NCBI GenBank assembly: GCA_963767735.1
Contig: CAVYES010000005.1
Coordinates: 512,001-576,000 of the forward strand
Length of the DNA stretch: 64,000 nucleotides
DNA from: Candidatus Bathyarchaeota archaeon
GTDB lineage: Archaea; Thermoproteota; Bathyarchaeia; Bathyarchaeales; Bathycorpusculaceae
Direction: 5' to 3'
Part shown: positions 47,284-57,060 of the stretch, one piece after another
Layout of the letters: each line of letters opens with the position of its first letter
Position numbering within the stretch: the first letter of the stretch is position 1
The notes under the pieces: generated by a model
What the model was told of the DNA's origin: nothing
What the model saw: the letters and a program-made list of their open reading frames with translations, nothing else
Databases searched by the model: none
Program-made: the position numbers and the translations under genes

Positions 47284-47688
47284 GTGGAAATAATTAGCGT
47301 GTCGCTGCCTGAGGAATTACTCAAAGAGTTGGACGGCGTTTTAGGTGAACAGCACTCTGCGACGAGATCCGAAGTGATTAGGCAAGCTGTTAGAAACTAT
47401 ATTACAGAATACAACGAGCTAGACAAAATCAAAGGCAACGTGATTGCCACCATAACCGTTCTTTATGAGAAGGCAGAGCAAAATGAAGAATTGTTCCATA
47501 TACAGCATGAATTCGGCGACATGATCGCGGCATATCTGCATTCGCATCTAAATGAAACAAGTTGCCTTGAGGTCATGGCGGTAAAAGGGCCCTCCGAGCG
47601 CCTCAAAAGCCTGATTGACTGTTTAAAGGCAAACAAGCCCGTTAAACAAATAAAATTCTCGGTCATGATAGCTGACGAAACAGAATGA
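47284..47688 (+). CDS. nikR: NikR-family metal-responsive regulator
   Basis: IISVSLP..RSEVIRQA (RHH), QHEF, HSHL..CLEV. Confidence 0.88.
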   Translation: MEIISVSLPEELLKELDGVLGEQHSATRSEVIRQAVRNYITEYNELDKIKGNVIATITVLYEKAEQNEELFHIQHEFGDMIAAYLHSHLNETSCLEVMAVKGPSERLKSLIDCLKANKPVKQIKFSVMIADETE

Positions 47689-47732
47689 TTGGCTAATAAC
47701 TTAATGCAGCCACATTTGCAAATTCTAATTGT

Positions 47733-48251
47733 CTATCCTTGTAGAACGGTTACGAATCCACCCATGTATCCGATCTGGTCAGGCTGCCCGTCGCTGCCGG
47801 TCGTCATTGCCCAACCTCCAGCATCGGTATCGCATGGATACACACACCACCAACGGTAAACGCCAGCTGTTGTCTCGTTAAACTGGAAATTAGACACTGT
47901 TGGAACTCCCGTTTCGTTGCTTGGCGGCACCACAAAGTTCACTCCTAAGCTTGTGCTAGTAAAGCTGTGCTCTCCGTTATCATAGTTTATAACTGTCAGA
48001 TCGACTTCTTGGCCTGCGTAGACCGTGAAGTTGCATGGAGTAAAAGCGTCGTGAAGTAAACCATCAGGACCGAGCTTTACGTTGCTTTGAACTACCAACG
48101 TTATATCCGCGGTTTTCGGCACACTAGCGGTTGTGATCGTTGGAGATTTAAAATTGTAGCCAATTATTGCACCCACCACCACAGCAGCTAAGATAACAAC
48201 GAAAAAAGCAAGCCAAACCACTTTCGATAGATCATTACCACTCAAGGACAA
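47733..48251 (-). CDS. Membrane-anchored cupredoxin with an atypical CuA-like motif
   Basis: TM anchor, NYDNGEHSF, WWCVYPCD..WAM..GYM. Confidence 0.75.
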   Translation of the reverse strand: MSLSGNDLSKVVWLAFFVVILAAVVVGAIIGYNFKSPTITTASVPKTADITLVVQSNVKLGPDGLLHDAFTPCNFTVYAGQEVDLTVINYDNGEHSFTSTSLGVNFVVPPSNETGVPTVSNFQFNETTAGVYRWWCVYPCDTDAGGWAMTTGSDGQPDQIGYMGGFVTVLQG

Positions 48252-48326
48252 TCATCGTGAAATAGCCCTATTTAACCGAGTTATCTTATCTTACATAACT
48301 AAAAAGATTGCGTTTATCCCAAATTT

Positions 48327-48452
48327 TCAGTTTAAGTTAGTCCCAGAGGAGAAAAACCGTTCCGCAGTGTATTTGCACGGTACCATAACATCTTCGTGGT
48401 TGACCTCTTCGTTGTCATCATCGGATTCTGAGCCACAACCACATCCATACAT
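48327..48452 (-). CDS. Tiny Cys/acidic peptide, possibly a truncated zinc ribbon
   Basis: MYGCGCGSESDDDNEE..MVPCKY; SD-like GGAAG. Confidence 0.35.
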   Translation of the reverse strand: MYGCGCGSESDDDNEEVNHEDVMVPCKYTAERFFSSGTNLN

Positions 48453-48463
48453 TTTTAGTCTTC

Positions 48464-48787
48464 CTATCGAATTCTGCTCATTATGCCTCTGCAAAACCCG
48501 ATCATCCAATTGTAGGTTGGTTTGAGGATGTTGCTGGTAGTTGTCGAAGGTGTGCTCGATTGCTGTGGGAGTGTTCCAACTGCACCAGAGTATCCGTAGC
48601 CTCCCATCATGCCGTCCCTTCCCATCATTCCGCCGTTGGTGCTTCCGTAGGATGTTGCTGTGTTTGGAGAGTTTGTTGTTGCGGACGTGCCGATGCGTCC
48701 ACCCGTGTAGGCGTAAGCCGACGCAATTAGCAGTGCAGCGGCCAGGGCTACAAGGGTTAATGCGGCAATTATTTTTAAAGTTTTCAT
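48464..48787 (-). CDS. Secreted Gly/Met-rich protein
   Basis: SD GAGGT, signal peptide MKTLKIIAAL, GGMMGRDGMMGG. Confidence 0.7.
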   Translation of the reverse strand: MKTLKIIAALTLVALAAALLIASAYAYTGGRIGTSATTNSPNTATSYGSTNGGMMGRDGMMGGYGYSGAVGTLPQQSSTPSTTTSNILKPTYNWMIGFCRGIMSRIR

Positions 48788-48881
48788 TTTTAATTTACCT
48801 CTACAATACATCTGTGGCTGCGTTTGGTATAGAAGTTGGCTGAAACAGTCTTGAAACAGTTTTTGAAAGTGATGAAGTAGT

Positions 48882-49559
48882 TTAGTTGGAGCTTTGTGCC
48901 TTTGAACTGTTAACCCAGTCTGAGATTGTGTCCTCGTTTGTGTTTCCAAGCGGTTTTACGGTGACTATTCCTCGTTCTGCGAATCGGGCTACAATTCGGT
49001 GAGTTTTAAGTCGATTAAGTCCCGCTTCTCTCCCCACGTACTTTTGCAGGTACTTCCCTTGATGAGCAATCAACACGGTGAGGACTTTTTGTTCTTCAGG
49101 CGTCATGGTCTTTAAAATCACTTCACAAGAGTTAGCAACAGGATTTGAGACAACGCCATCCGAGCCTGAAGTTTTCGTTGAAACCGCTGAAACTGTTTCA
49201 TTTTTGGTCGGTTCGCAGGTTCTTTTGGTATTTCTGATTTCGGGGTAAACAACGTAGAAGCCAAAGCCTAAGATGCCTATCGCTACTGTCGCGATAAGAG
49301 CTACAGGGATTACCCAGAGGTTACTTGCTGTTGTTGGCGTGGTTCCATTGCCGCTGCCACCCATCATTCCTCCCATGCCGCCGTTGTTTCCACTGCCTGT
49401 TGATCTGCCTAAGCCCATGCTTTGCCACATTTGACCCATCCAGCTTGATTGGTAATAAGACGGTGAGGCAGTTGCTAGAAACACGCTGACCGCTGCAAGG
49501 GCAAGAAGTGAACATACAGCCACGCTTAGAATTATGATGAAAATGTGCAATCTACGCAT
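48882..49559 (-). CDS. Membrane-bound wHTH regulator with Gly/Met-rich external loop
   Basis: Two TM helices flanking GGMGGMMGG; C-terminal wHTH (LQKYVGREAGLNRLKTHRIVARFAERGIV). Confidence 0.8.
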   Translation of the reverse strand: MRRLHIFIIILSVAVCSLLALAAVSVFLATASPSYYQSSWMGQMWQSMGLGRSTGSGNNGGMGGMMGGSGNGTTPTTASNLWVIPVALIATVAIGILGFGFYVVYPEIRNTKRTCEPTKNETVSAVSTKTSGSDGVVSNPVANSCEVILKTMTPEEQKVLTVLIAHQGKYLQKYVGREAGLNRLKTHRIVARFAERGIVTVKPLGNTNEDTISDWVNSSKAQSSN

Positions 49560-49708
49560 AATTAAATAGATTTTTAAACGGTGAATTAAGGCTTCGCTTG
49601 TTCAACACTATTTTTTTCCATTTGAACCATTTACTTTGTAGAGCTGAGGGTTCGTGACTGACTATGGCTGTTCCTTAGTCAACATATACTATTTTGCTAT
49701 AGTACCTT

Positions 49709-50653
49709 GTGGTGAAAAACAAAATGAGTCAACTATCTAATCCATTAGAAGTTTTGAAATCGATCTCGGAAGCAACAAGCATGCTAATCAAGAACATTTC
49801 GCAGTCAGTAGTTAGCGTAAAATCGCAAATGTCACATGGCACAGGCGTCGTCTTATCCAAAGACGGCTTCATCGTTACCTGCAACCACGTTCTCGCGGGA
49901 TGCAACACAGTCAAAGTAGGTCAAGGAGAAAAAATCTTCAATGCGAAAATCGTCGGTTCCGACCCGTACAATGATATAGCCTTGCTGAAAGCGGAGAAAG
50001 GCGAATTTACACCCATAGAACTTGGTAATTCAGAAAAATTAAGCGTAGGTCAGTATGTTTTGGCGCTTGCTAACCCTTTTAATAGAAATCAACCAACCGC
50101 CACCACAGGCATCGTAACTAACGTGAACGGCTCCATTAGGGGCTGGCGCGGAACGCATATGGAAAACATAATTGCCACCGACGCACAGCTTAATCCAGGC
50201 TTCAGCGGCGGACCCCTCGTAGACGTGGAAGGCAGAATCATCGGCATAAACGCGGCTTACGTTTGGCAAAGAGGCATCGCTATCCCAATAAACAAGGTGA
50301 AAGCGATCACAGACAGACTAATGACTGGAAAAGTAGACCAAAAAGGCTACCTTGGCATAATCGCAAACACCGTCGCCATCCCAGAAGAAATCTCTGAGCA
50401 AGCAGGCTTAGAACAAGAAAGCGGAGTAATGATTTTCTCCGTTGAACCAGGCTCGCCAGCACGCAAAGCAGGCTTAGCCATGGGCGATGTACTAGTAAAA
50501 TTCAACGGCAAACCCGTCACAGACTTCTACGACCTACCAGCACTGCTCTCAGAAGACGTAATCGATAAAGAAACCAAGCTAACCATCATCCGAAGAGAAA
50601 ACCTGCTCGAAGTAACAGTTGTTCCCATCGTTCACGGAGGCGAAGAAGACTGA
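49709..50653 (+). CDS. HtrA/DegP-type serine protease with one PDZ domain
   Basis: VTCNHV, NDIALL, NPGFSGGP, PGSPARKAGL. Confidence 0.93.
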   Translation: MVKNKMSQLSNPLEVLKSISEATSMLIKNISQSVVSVKSQMSHGTGVVLSKDGFIVTCNHVLAGCNTVKVGQGEKIFNAKIVGSDPYNDIALLKAEKGEFTPIELGNSEKLSVGQYVLALANPFNRNQPTATTGIVTNVNGSIRGWRGTHMENIIATDAQLNPGFSGGPLVDVEGRIIGINAAYVWQRGIAIPINKVKAITDRLMTGKVDQKGYLGIIANTVAIPEEISEQAGLEQESGVMIFSVEPGSPARKAGLAMGDVLVKFNGKPVTDFYDLPALLSEDVIDKETKLTIIRRENLLEVTVVPIVHGGEED

Positions 50654-50793
50654 TAAACCGTTCCCCACTTGAGCTTGAACCGCCAACACCAATGCGTCCA
50701 CCGCCACTTCGACGTTCACCCTACCCAACACCGCAACTCAGCAATGCAAGCGCTGTTGCTTCAATAGCCCCTTTCCCATCTGTTTTTGATTAA
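50650..50793 (+). CDS. Possible 47-aa Pro-rich peptide coupled to htrA
   Basis: CTG overlapping the htrA stop after GGAGG; INRSPLELEPPTPMRPPPLRRSPYPTP...FPSVFD. Confidence 0.4.
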   Translation: MINRSPLELEPPTPMRPPPLRRSPYPTPQLSNASAVASIAPFPSVFD

Positions 50794-50926
50794 ACAAGAG
50801 GGGCAACTTTTTTTTCTTTAAATCTTATCTTTCGCGTTTTTAGTATCGGTTTTTATGAAACTAGCTTTTGTTAGTTCTGCTATATTTTTATAATCGCTTG
50901 TAGTATTATTATTTTGGTAATACTGA

Positions 50927-51157
50927 ATGAGTAATCAAGCCACAGTGACAGCAAAAATTCCTATTGAGCTAAAAAAGAAGCTCTCCAAACTTGGCGTAAA
51001 CGTAAGTGAATTTACGCGGGAAGCACTGCAAAAGGAAGTAGCCCGTCTAGAACGAGACAGACGCAGAAAACTCGTTGAAGAAGCAAGCGAAATTCTCCAA
51101 AAAATTCCTGCCGAAGAATTAGTTGAAGCCGTTCGTGCAGGCAGGGAAAGCCGTTGA
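50927..51157 (+). CDS. VapB/CcdA-like antitoxin
   Basis: TVTAKIP..GVNVSEFTREAL; overlaps the PIN gene. Confidence 0.85.
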   Translation: MSNQATVTAKIPIELKKKLSKLGVNVSEFTREALQKEVARLERDRRRKLVEEASEILQKIPAEELVEAVRAGRESR

Positions 51158-51579
51158 TGAAGTGTTCCCTACTTTTCGATGCGAGTAGCATCTTCACACT
51201 TGTCAGAGAATCGCCAGGTTATGCTTCAGATAAGCTTGTAGAGGGCTCAACCATATCCTTGGTTTACTACGAATTAGGTAACGCAACTTGGCGAGAATGT
51301 TTTTTGTTGAAAAAGATGAGTCGGCAAGAAGCAGAAAAATTGTTAAGAGCGATGTTTGAGATTCTTCAAGACATGGATGTGATTCCGCTTAAAGACGAAG
51401 ATGAAGGCATCGCCGTTTTAGATAAAGCTTGCAAATTTAACCTTACCTACTACGATTCTGCATATGTTGCTGAAGCACTCAGTTCAAAGAAAATATTGGT
51501 CACCGACGACAAGAAACTTGCTAAAGCGGCTGAAAACGCAGGGGTAAAAACCTTAACCGGCAGAGACCTCACCAAATAA
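51154..51579 (+). CDS. vapC: VapC PIN-domain toxin
   Basis: LFDASSI, YYELGN, LTYYDSAY, LVTDDKKL. Confidence 0.9.
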   Translation: MMKCSLLFDASSIFTLVRESPGYASDKLVEGSTISLVYYELGNATWRECFLLKKMSRQEAEKLLRAMFEILQDMDVIPLKDEDEGIAVLDKACKFNLTYYDSAYVAEALSSKKILVTDDKKLAKAAENAGVKTLTGRDLTK

Positions 51580-51630
51580 ATCGGCTTCGTAAGTTACCTT
51601 ATAAGCAGATTCTACCTATCCAATATTAAA

Positions 51631-52035
51631 GTGGTTTGCATGAATGCTGCGCTTGCTTTCGTCATTGGGGTTTTAGTAGCTATAGGGGTACTTCTCTTGA
51701 TTGCAGCGTTTTCAGGAATAGCGTTTTATGGGGTAGCTGTTCCTGCTGAAGGCTCTCTTGCAGCGACTCTCTTTGTCGTAGCATTAATTATAGCGTTGAT
51801 ATTTTATGCGGGGATAAAGGCTCAGTTTAGGCGGGTAAAAACAGGCAAAGAAGCCTTAATCGGCGCCAGAGGCATAGCCACAACTGACCTAAAACCTAAA
51901 GGTGAAGTCCGCGTTATGGGCGAGTTTTGGGAAGCCACCGCCAAAGACGCGACAATAACTGCTGGCCAAGCAGTGGAAGTTGTAAGCATGGACGGCGTAT
52001 ACCTTGTGGTTAAACCAGCCGAGCAAAAAGCTTAA
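51631..52035 (+). CDS. Short NfeD-family protein
   Basis: TM helices plus OB domain TGKEALIG..GEVRVMGEFWEA. Confidence 0.88.
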   Translation: MVCMNAALAFVIGVLVAIGVLLLIAAFSGIAFYGVAVPAEGSLAATLFVVALIIALIFYAGIKAQFRRVKTGKEALIGARGIATTDLKPKGEVRVMGEFWEATAKDATITAGQAVEVVSMDGVYLVVKPAEQKA

Positions 52036-52074
52036 CTCTTCAGAGCGCAGAATACTTACTGAAGGGTGAATTAA

Positions 52075-52944
52075 ATGTCAGAAGTTGTAGCTGGTGTTAT
52101 TGGGTTCATAGTTTTAGTAGTTGTACTTTTCGTGTTAAGCGGCATTCGTGTTTTGAAAGAGTGGCAGCGAATGCCAGTTTTAAGGCTCGGACGCTACATT
52201 GGCTTGAAGGGTCCCGGCATCATCTATCTTATTCCTTTAATTGACAGGGCACCGCTGACAATCTCCACAAGATTAGATACTATACAATTCCGCACTGAGT
52301 CAACTTTAACCAAAGACAACGTTCCAGTGAACGTTGATTCAGTTTTATACATGAAGCCCGTGGATTTAGAGAAGGCAGTGTTGCAAGTTGAAAACTACTA
52401 TCAAGCTACGCAATTGGCGTCTCAAACAACCCTGCGGGAAGTCATCGGTAAACAAAGCCTCAACGAGTTACTGGCTGAACGAGAAAAAGTCGGGGCTAAA
52501 TTGCGAGAAATCATCGATGAAAAAACTGAGGCATGGGGAATCAAAGTCACCTCCGTCGAAGTTCGAGATGTTATAATACCAAGCAATCTGCAAGACGCCA
52601 TGAGCCGCCAAGCGCAAGCTGAACGGGAACGTATAGCAAGAGTTACGTTAGCCACAGCAGAGTTTGAAGCGTCACAAAAAATGATTGAAGCAGCAAAAGC
52701 CTACGAGGCAAGCCCAGACGGACTAAGACTCAGATGGATGAACATACTCTACGAGTTAGGCCAACAATCACAAACAAACACAATCATGCTAGTGCCCGCA
52801 GTCATGCCGGAAGCAGGCTGGCCACCAGTCGGAACCTACGGCTTCAAAGACCTAACTAACGCACAACAAGCACAGGCAGCAAAGAAGAAATCAATGGCAC
52901 CACAACCACCGCCTCAACAACCGCCATCTGAACAACAATATTAA
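52075..52944 (+). CDS. SPFH/stomatin (slipin) protein
   Basis: LTKDNVPV, QTTLREVIG, WGIKV, QAERER. Confidence 0.93.
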   Translation: MSEVVAGVIGFIVLVVVLFVLSGIRVLKEWQRMPVLRLGRYIGLKGPGIIYLIPLIDRAPLTISTRLDTIQFRTESTLTKDNVPVNVDSVLYMKPVDLEKAVLQVENYYQATQLASQTTLREVIGKQSLNELLAEREKVGAKLREIIDEKTEAWGIKVTSVEVRDVIIPSNLQDAMSRQAQAERERIARVTLATAEFEASQKMIEAAKAYEASPDGLRLRWMNILYELGQQSQTNTIMLVPAVMPEAGWPPVGTYGFKDLTNAQQAQAAKKKSMAPQPPPQQPPSEQQY

Positions 52945-53055
52945 GCAACTTTTTTCTTTTTTTTCCTTTGGCGTATTTCAGCAGGCTTAAGTTTATTGAA
53001 TTGTAACTGAAAAAGAAGAGTTTTTGGCTTTTTTATCGGGGAGCCATGATAGCAG

Positions 53056-54093
53056 TTATGCTTGTCCGTTTGGAGTTGCTTTTACTGCTTTCACTGTTTG
53101 TTCCAGTAAAAGTTGAGCTGCTTCTTGGCTGGGCCAACCGCATAAACCGCAGTCTGGACCTGTAAAAGTCATTTTGTCGCCGTATTTTTCTTTGGCAGCT
53201 TTGTATCTTTTCTTTATTGTTTCTTGTGGCTCCACTAATTGCCTGGCTGAAGGTTTAGCGATGCCCTTCTCAATGAGTTCGGCTAAGATGCTGTCGATGT
53301 CCGTTCTGGAAACGCCAACCCTGATTTGCTTATTCGCCTTCTCAAGCATACTTTTGGGAACTGCTTCAATGTTGCTTGGCGAAGCCGCATATTCAAACGA
53401 TAGCACATCTAGGTTTTTGACGCCAAGCAAATCATGCACTCCTGAAGCTGAATGCAAATGAATCTGCCGTGTGACTCCTTGAAAATCAAATGCTTTCTCA
53501 AGCACCCCGCAAATCAGGTCAGGTGCAGCTTGGATGTTGTTGAAGCCGAAGCTTGGCTCATCAATAGAAACCACTTTGGTTTCAATGAATTTGTTGTTTA
53601 AGAGGGCGTTTTTTGCAAACCTCCTAATTGTCTCCGCAAACCCGTCAAGCACGTCAGGGTAAGCTGTTTTTCCAATCTCATGCAAATACTGCTCGAGGGG
53701 ACCAAAAATTGAAACGCGCAACTGAATTTTTTTGCCGCACTCTTCGCTAAGGACTTTGGCTTGCTGATCGATTAAGTGCACTTCAGGCAAAACCGCTTTG
53801 TCTTGGTCAACAATAAAGGAGCCATTCGCCATTGCCAGATGGATTACATCGCCGACCTGCATTAACCCATCGTAGTGTTGAGGAAAATTAACCACATCTA
53901 AACCAGAAGCAACTTTTTTCCTAAATGAATCAAGCACAATATTGCAGAAATTGCTTCGTAAAAAGTCATCTTTCGTTATGTCCTTGCCTTGGAAGATTGC
54001 TTCCCTTGCAAGCTGATACGCCTTGCTAAAGCTTTCTTTTCCAACTCCGAACGGCAGCGGGAAACTGCCTATGTCGTCAACCAAAGTCTCCAT
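53056..54093 (-). CDS. Core (single-barrel) cobalamin-independent methionine synthase family protein
   Basis: DDIGSFP, SIDEPS, HLH, GPDCGL. Confidence 0.8.
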   Translation of the reverse strand: METLVDDIGSFPLPFGVGKESFSKAYQLAREAIFQGKDITKDDFLRSNFCNIVLDSFRKKVASGLDVVNFPQHYDGLMQVGDVIHLAMANGSFIVDQDKAVLPEVHLIDQQAKVLSEECGKKIQLRVSIFGPLEQYLHEIGKTAYPDVLDGFAETIRRFAKNALLNNKFIETKVVSIDEPSFGFNNIQAAPDLICGVLEKAFDFQGVTRQIHLHSASGVHDLLGVKNLDVLSFEYAASPSNIEAVPKSMLEKANKQIRVGVSRTDIDSILAELIEKGIAKPSARQLVEPQETIKKRYKAAKEKYGDKMTFTGPDCGLCGWPSQEAAQLLLEQTVKAVKATPNGQA

Positions 54094-54163
54094 AAAGTAT
54101 TATTGACTCAAGGAATTCTATTAAAGCTAATCCCACCTTTAAACCACTAAAAGGATTGATTTT

Positions 54164-54553
54164 ATGTCTGAATGTGTATTTTGCCAGATAATCCGCAAAG
54201 AAGCTCCTGCAAGCATAGTTTACGAGGATGCGCAAGTGGTGGCTTTTTTGAGTAATCGCCCGGTTAATGTTGGGCATACGCTTGTGGCTCCGAAAAAGCA
54301 TTACGAGAACATTTACGAGATTCCAGAGGAAGAAGCAGCTTACCTGTTTAGGATAGTTACAAAAATAGCCCGCGCCGTTAAAGATGCAACAGGCATTGAA
54401 GGCATAAGGATAGTGCAGAACAACGGGAAAGACGCTGGGCAAGTCATTTTCCACTTGCATGTCCATATTATTCCCATGAACCCCACCAGTCAGATTCTTC
54501 ATGAACATGGATTCCGAACTGCTGAACTGTTGAAAGGGACGCTGAAAAAATAA
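54164..54553 (+). CDS. HIT-family nucleotide hydrolase
   Basis: CVFCQI, GHTLV, HLHVHIIP. Confidence 0.93.
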   Translation: MSECVFCQIIRKEAPASIVYEDAQVVAFLSNRPVNVGHTLVAPKKHYENIYEIPEEEAAYLFRIVTKIARAVKDATGIEGIRIVQNNGKDAGQVIFHLHVHIIPMNPTSQILHEHGFRTAELLKGTLKK

Positions 54554-54786
54554 AACAGCACTTACCTCTTTTTTAGGCGCATAGCCATGGGCTAAGCAGT
54601 GCCCTGCTGCCTTCAATTTAGCTGGAAGAATCATCAAGCAAAATTGATAGCCCTACCGCCTTTGGCTCTATTTCTAAATGCAGAAGCACAAGCTTGCCAA
54701 CCAATCATTAACTTAAAACTGGTTTTTACGGGCACACCTATAAAAGAGGGAAAAACAACATTGCTTTATTCAAAAGCTGGATAAAC

Positions 54787-55131
54787 ATGACTCAACCCCC
54801 AAACGAGCAAAACAACAATCCCCAATCAGCACCCCAAATAGAAAAACTTTTAGTCGATGATCCCGCCCACTTCCAGTTTCACGCCGCCTACATGGTTTAC
54901 TCAGACACCTTTGACGCAGTGTCCGAGGCACAGGCGAAAAAGGAGCTAAACCAGAACCTTGAAGATTTAAAAGCAAACAAAATCGACTACGAAACATTCT
55001 ACGTAAATATTTCGCACTACCGAAAACTAGACATGCCCCGCCAAGAAAGATTCTCGATGCAGACTCAGCGAAAGAAAGACTGGCGCAAAAAAACGCAGAG
55101 ACAAGAAAGAATAAAAAGGCACAAAAAATAA
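54787..55131 (+). CDS. Hypothetical protein with basic C-terminus
   Basis: 114-aa ORF with protein-like composition. Confidence 0.65.
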   Translation: MTQPPNEQNNNPQSAPQIEKLLVDDPAHFQFHAAYMVYSDTFDAVSEAQAKKELNQNLEDLKANKIDYETFYVNISHYRKLDMPRQERFSMQTQRKKDWRKKTQRQERIKRHKK

Positions 55132-55254
55132 AACATACTCCTTGTTTCATCCCGATTATTTCAGTAATCTTAAGCTAACTAAACGCTAAACAGTTTAGGC
55201 AGAGACTATTTTTTATTGTTTTTTGTTCTTTAATGTTTTATTGCTCAGGTTTAA

Positions 55255-55272
55255 GTTTAAACATGTTTAAAC
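55255..55272. promoter_or_regulatory. Perfect 18-bp palindrome upstream of the CoA operon
   Basis: GTTTAAACATGTTTAAAC. Confidence 0.5.
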
Positions 55273-55345
55273 AGTTCATAGGGAAGTTTTATCTACAAAG
55301 CATCTGTTTCAACAGGTTTATAACCTGAAAAATGGAGCAAAATTC

Positions 55346-56107
55346 ATGCCCAAATTTAGAGCTTTTGATGTTGCAGTCATTGGGATATGTGCGGCGCTTT
55401 ACGCTGCGGTTGGATATCTAACAGCTGGAGTGACTTTTCTCGGTGTTGCTTTTTTACCAGCTGTTGTTATACCGGCCGTTTTTGCTGTATTATTCGGACC
55501 GTGGGTTGGGGGGTTCGGTGGTGCAATCGGCATTTTCATAAGGGACATGCTTGCCATTGGGATTCCAGCTTTAAGTTTAGCCGCTGGCGTTCCACCAAAC
55601 TTCATACTCTTCTTCCTAATTGGCTACTTAGCTCACAGAAATATTGACCTGAAAAAAACCGTGATAGTTTTGACGGCGGCTGGTGTAGCATTAATCGTCC
55701 CGACAGCGATTTTTCTACCTCAGGTTGAATCATACACTGGATTATCAAGCTTGGAATTAGCCCTCGTTTTTTCTTTTACCGTGGTACTAAGTTTGGCGGC
55801 CATCGCTGTGGTCTCTGTGCGTTGGAAACAATGGAGAAGTTTCGCAATAGGGGCTGTTGTAGCGCAAGCCGCAGGGGCTGGCTTGCTTTCGGTTACTGTA
55901 TGGGCGGTCAGTCCACTTTTTCTGTCTTACTTCGGAAAGCCTTTTCCTATTACTTGGGTTCTTCCGCTCTTCGTCTGGACTTTCGCAACTGAAATCCCAT
56001 TTATACTGCTTGTTGGACCGCCATTAATCAATGCGAGCTACAGGGCGTTTCCCAGCCTTAGCCAAAGACAAATGGAAAGCCAGAAAAAGGGCGAAAATGT
56101 TGCTTGA
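55346..56107 (+). CDS. ECF transporter S-component-like membrane protein
   Basis: AALYAA..PAVVIPAVFAVLFGPWVGGFGGAIG. Confidence 0.8.
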   Translation: MPKFRAFDVAVIGICAALYAAVGYLTAGVTFLGVAFLPAVVIPAVFAVLFGPWVGGFGGAIGIFIRDMLAIGIPALSLAAGVPPNFILFFLIGYLAHRNIDLKKTVIVLTAAGVALIVPTAIFLPQVESYTGLSSLELALVFSFTVVLSLAAIAVVSVRWKQWRSFAIGAVVAQAAGAGLLSVTVWAVSPLFLSYFGKPFPITWVLPLFVWTFATEIPFILLVGPPLINASYRAFPSLSQRQMESQKKGENVA

Positions 56108-57060
56108 CCACGAAGTTATGACCGCTAAAGCCTTTGCTCCGGCGGCGATTTCCAGCTTCTTTGAAATCCACGACACCGAAGGCAACAAACCGATTGTTGA
56201 TTTGGAAAAAATAGGTGCCAGAGGCGGAGGATTTGGCCTTCAAAAAGGCGTCTTAACCAAAGTAACTGTCGGAGAAGCAGAAAAAAGACAGCGTTAAAGT
56301 TTTCATCAATTCCAAACCTGCCTTAGAAGCCAAAACAACAAGGAAAGTAATCGAAATTCTTCTGAGCAAAAAAACCACGAAATACGATGTTACAGTTGAA
56401 CATCAAATTGAGGTTCCTATCGGAACAGGGTTTGGCACAAGCGCGGGTGGAGCATTAACTGTAGGGTTAGCGCTTAAAGAAGCACTGAATTTACCTTTAA
56501 CCTACAACCAAATTGGTAAAATTGCTCATGTGGCTGAAATCGAATGCCAAACAGGATTAGGCACAGTTAGCTCCTTAACATTCACTGGCGGTTGCGTACT
56601 AGTTGTGGAACCAGGCGCGCCTGGCATTTGCCAACTTGATCGCATACCTATAACACCTGACTACATGGTTGTGGCTGGCTTTTTCGAATCAAGCATCCCC
56701 AAAAAAACAGTGCTAACAGACCCTGAAAAGAAACCCGTAATTAACCACTATGGGAAGGAAACCTTAGAGGCAATTCTTGCTGAGCCTAGCTTAGAGAATT
56801 TTCTCGATTGTTGCTGGAATTTTTCTGAAAAGACAGGCTTAGCAACAGATAACACTCGTCAGCTGGTCAAATTGGCAAAGAAGGCTGGCGCAGTCGGTGC
56901 AGCCCAAAACATGATCGGCGAAGCGGTACATGCGTTGGTGCTTAACGAAAACGCTAGTGCGGTAGCAGAAGCTTTTAAGGAGGTTTTACCCTCTGAAAAA
57001 GTGTTGGTGAGCAAAATTGATTTTCAAGGCGTTAGGCTGGTAGGGCATGAAAAAATATGA
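56097..57060 (+). CDS. Pantoate kinase (GHMP family); frameshift in A-run near 56285
   Basis: AFAPAAISSFF, IGARGGG, PIGTGFGTSAG, AHVAEI..TGLG, QNMIGE. Confidence 0.88.

Noticed and set aside
56275-56295. Programmed frameshift in pantoate kinase
   Set aside because: A6 run with no evident stimulatory structure; the window-wide indel rate points to sequencing error.
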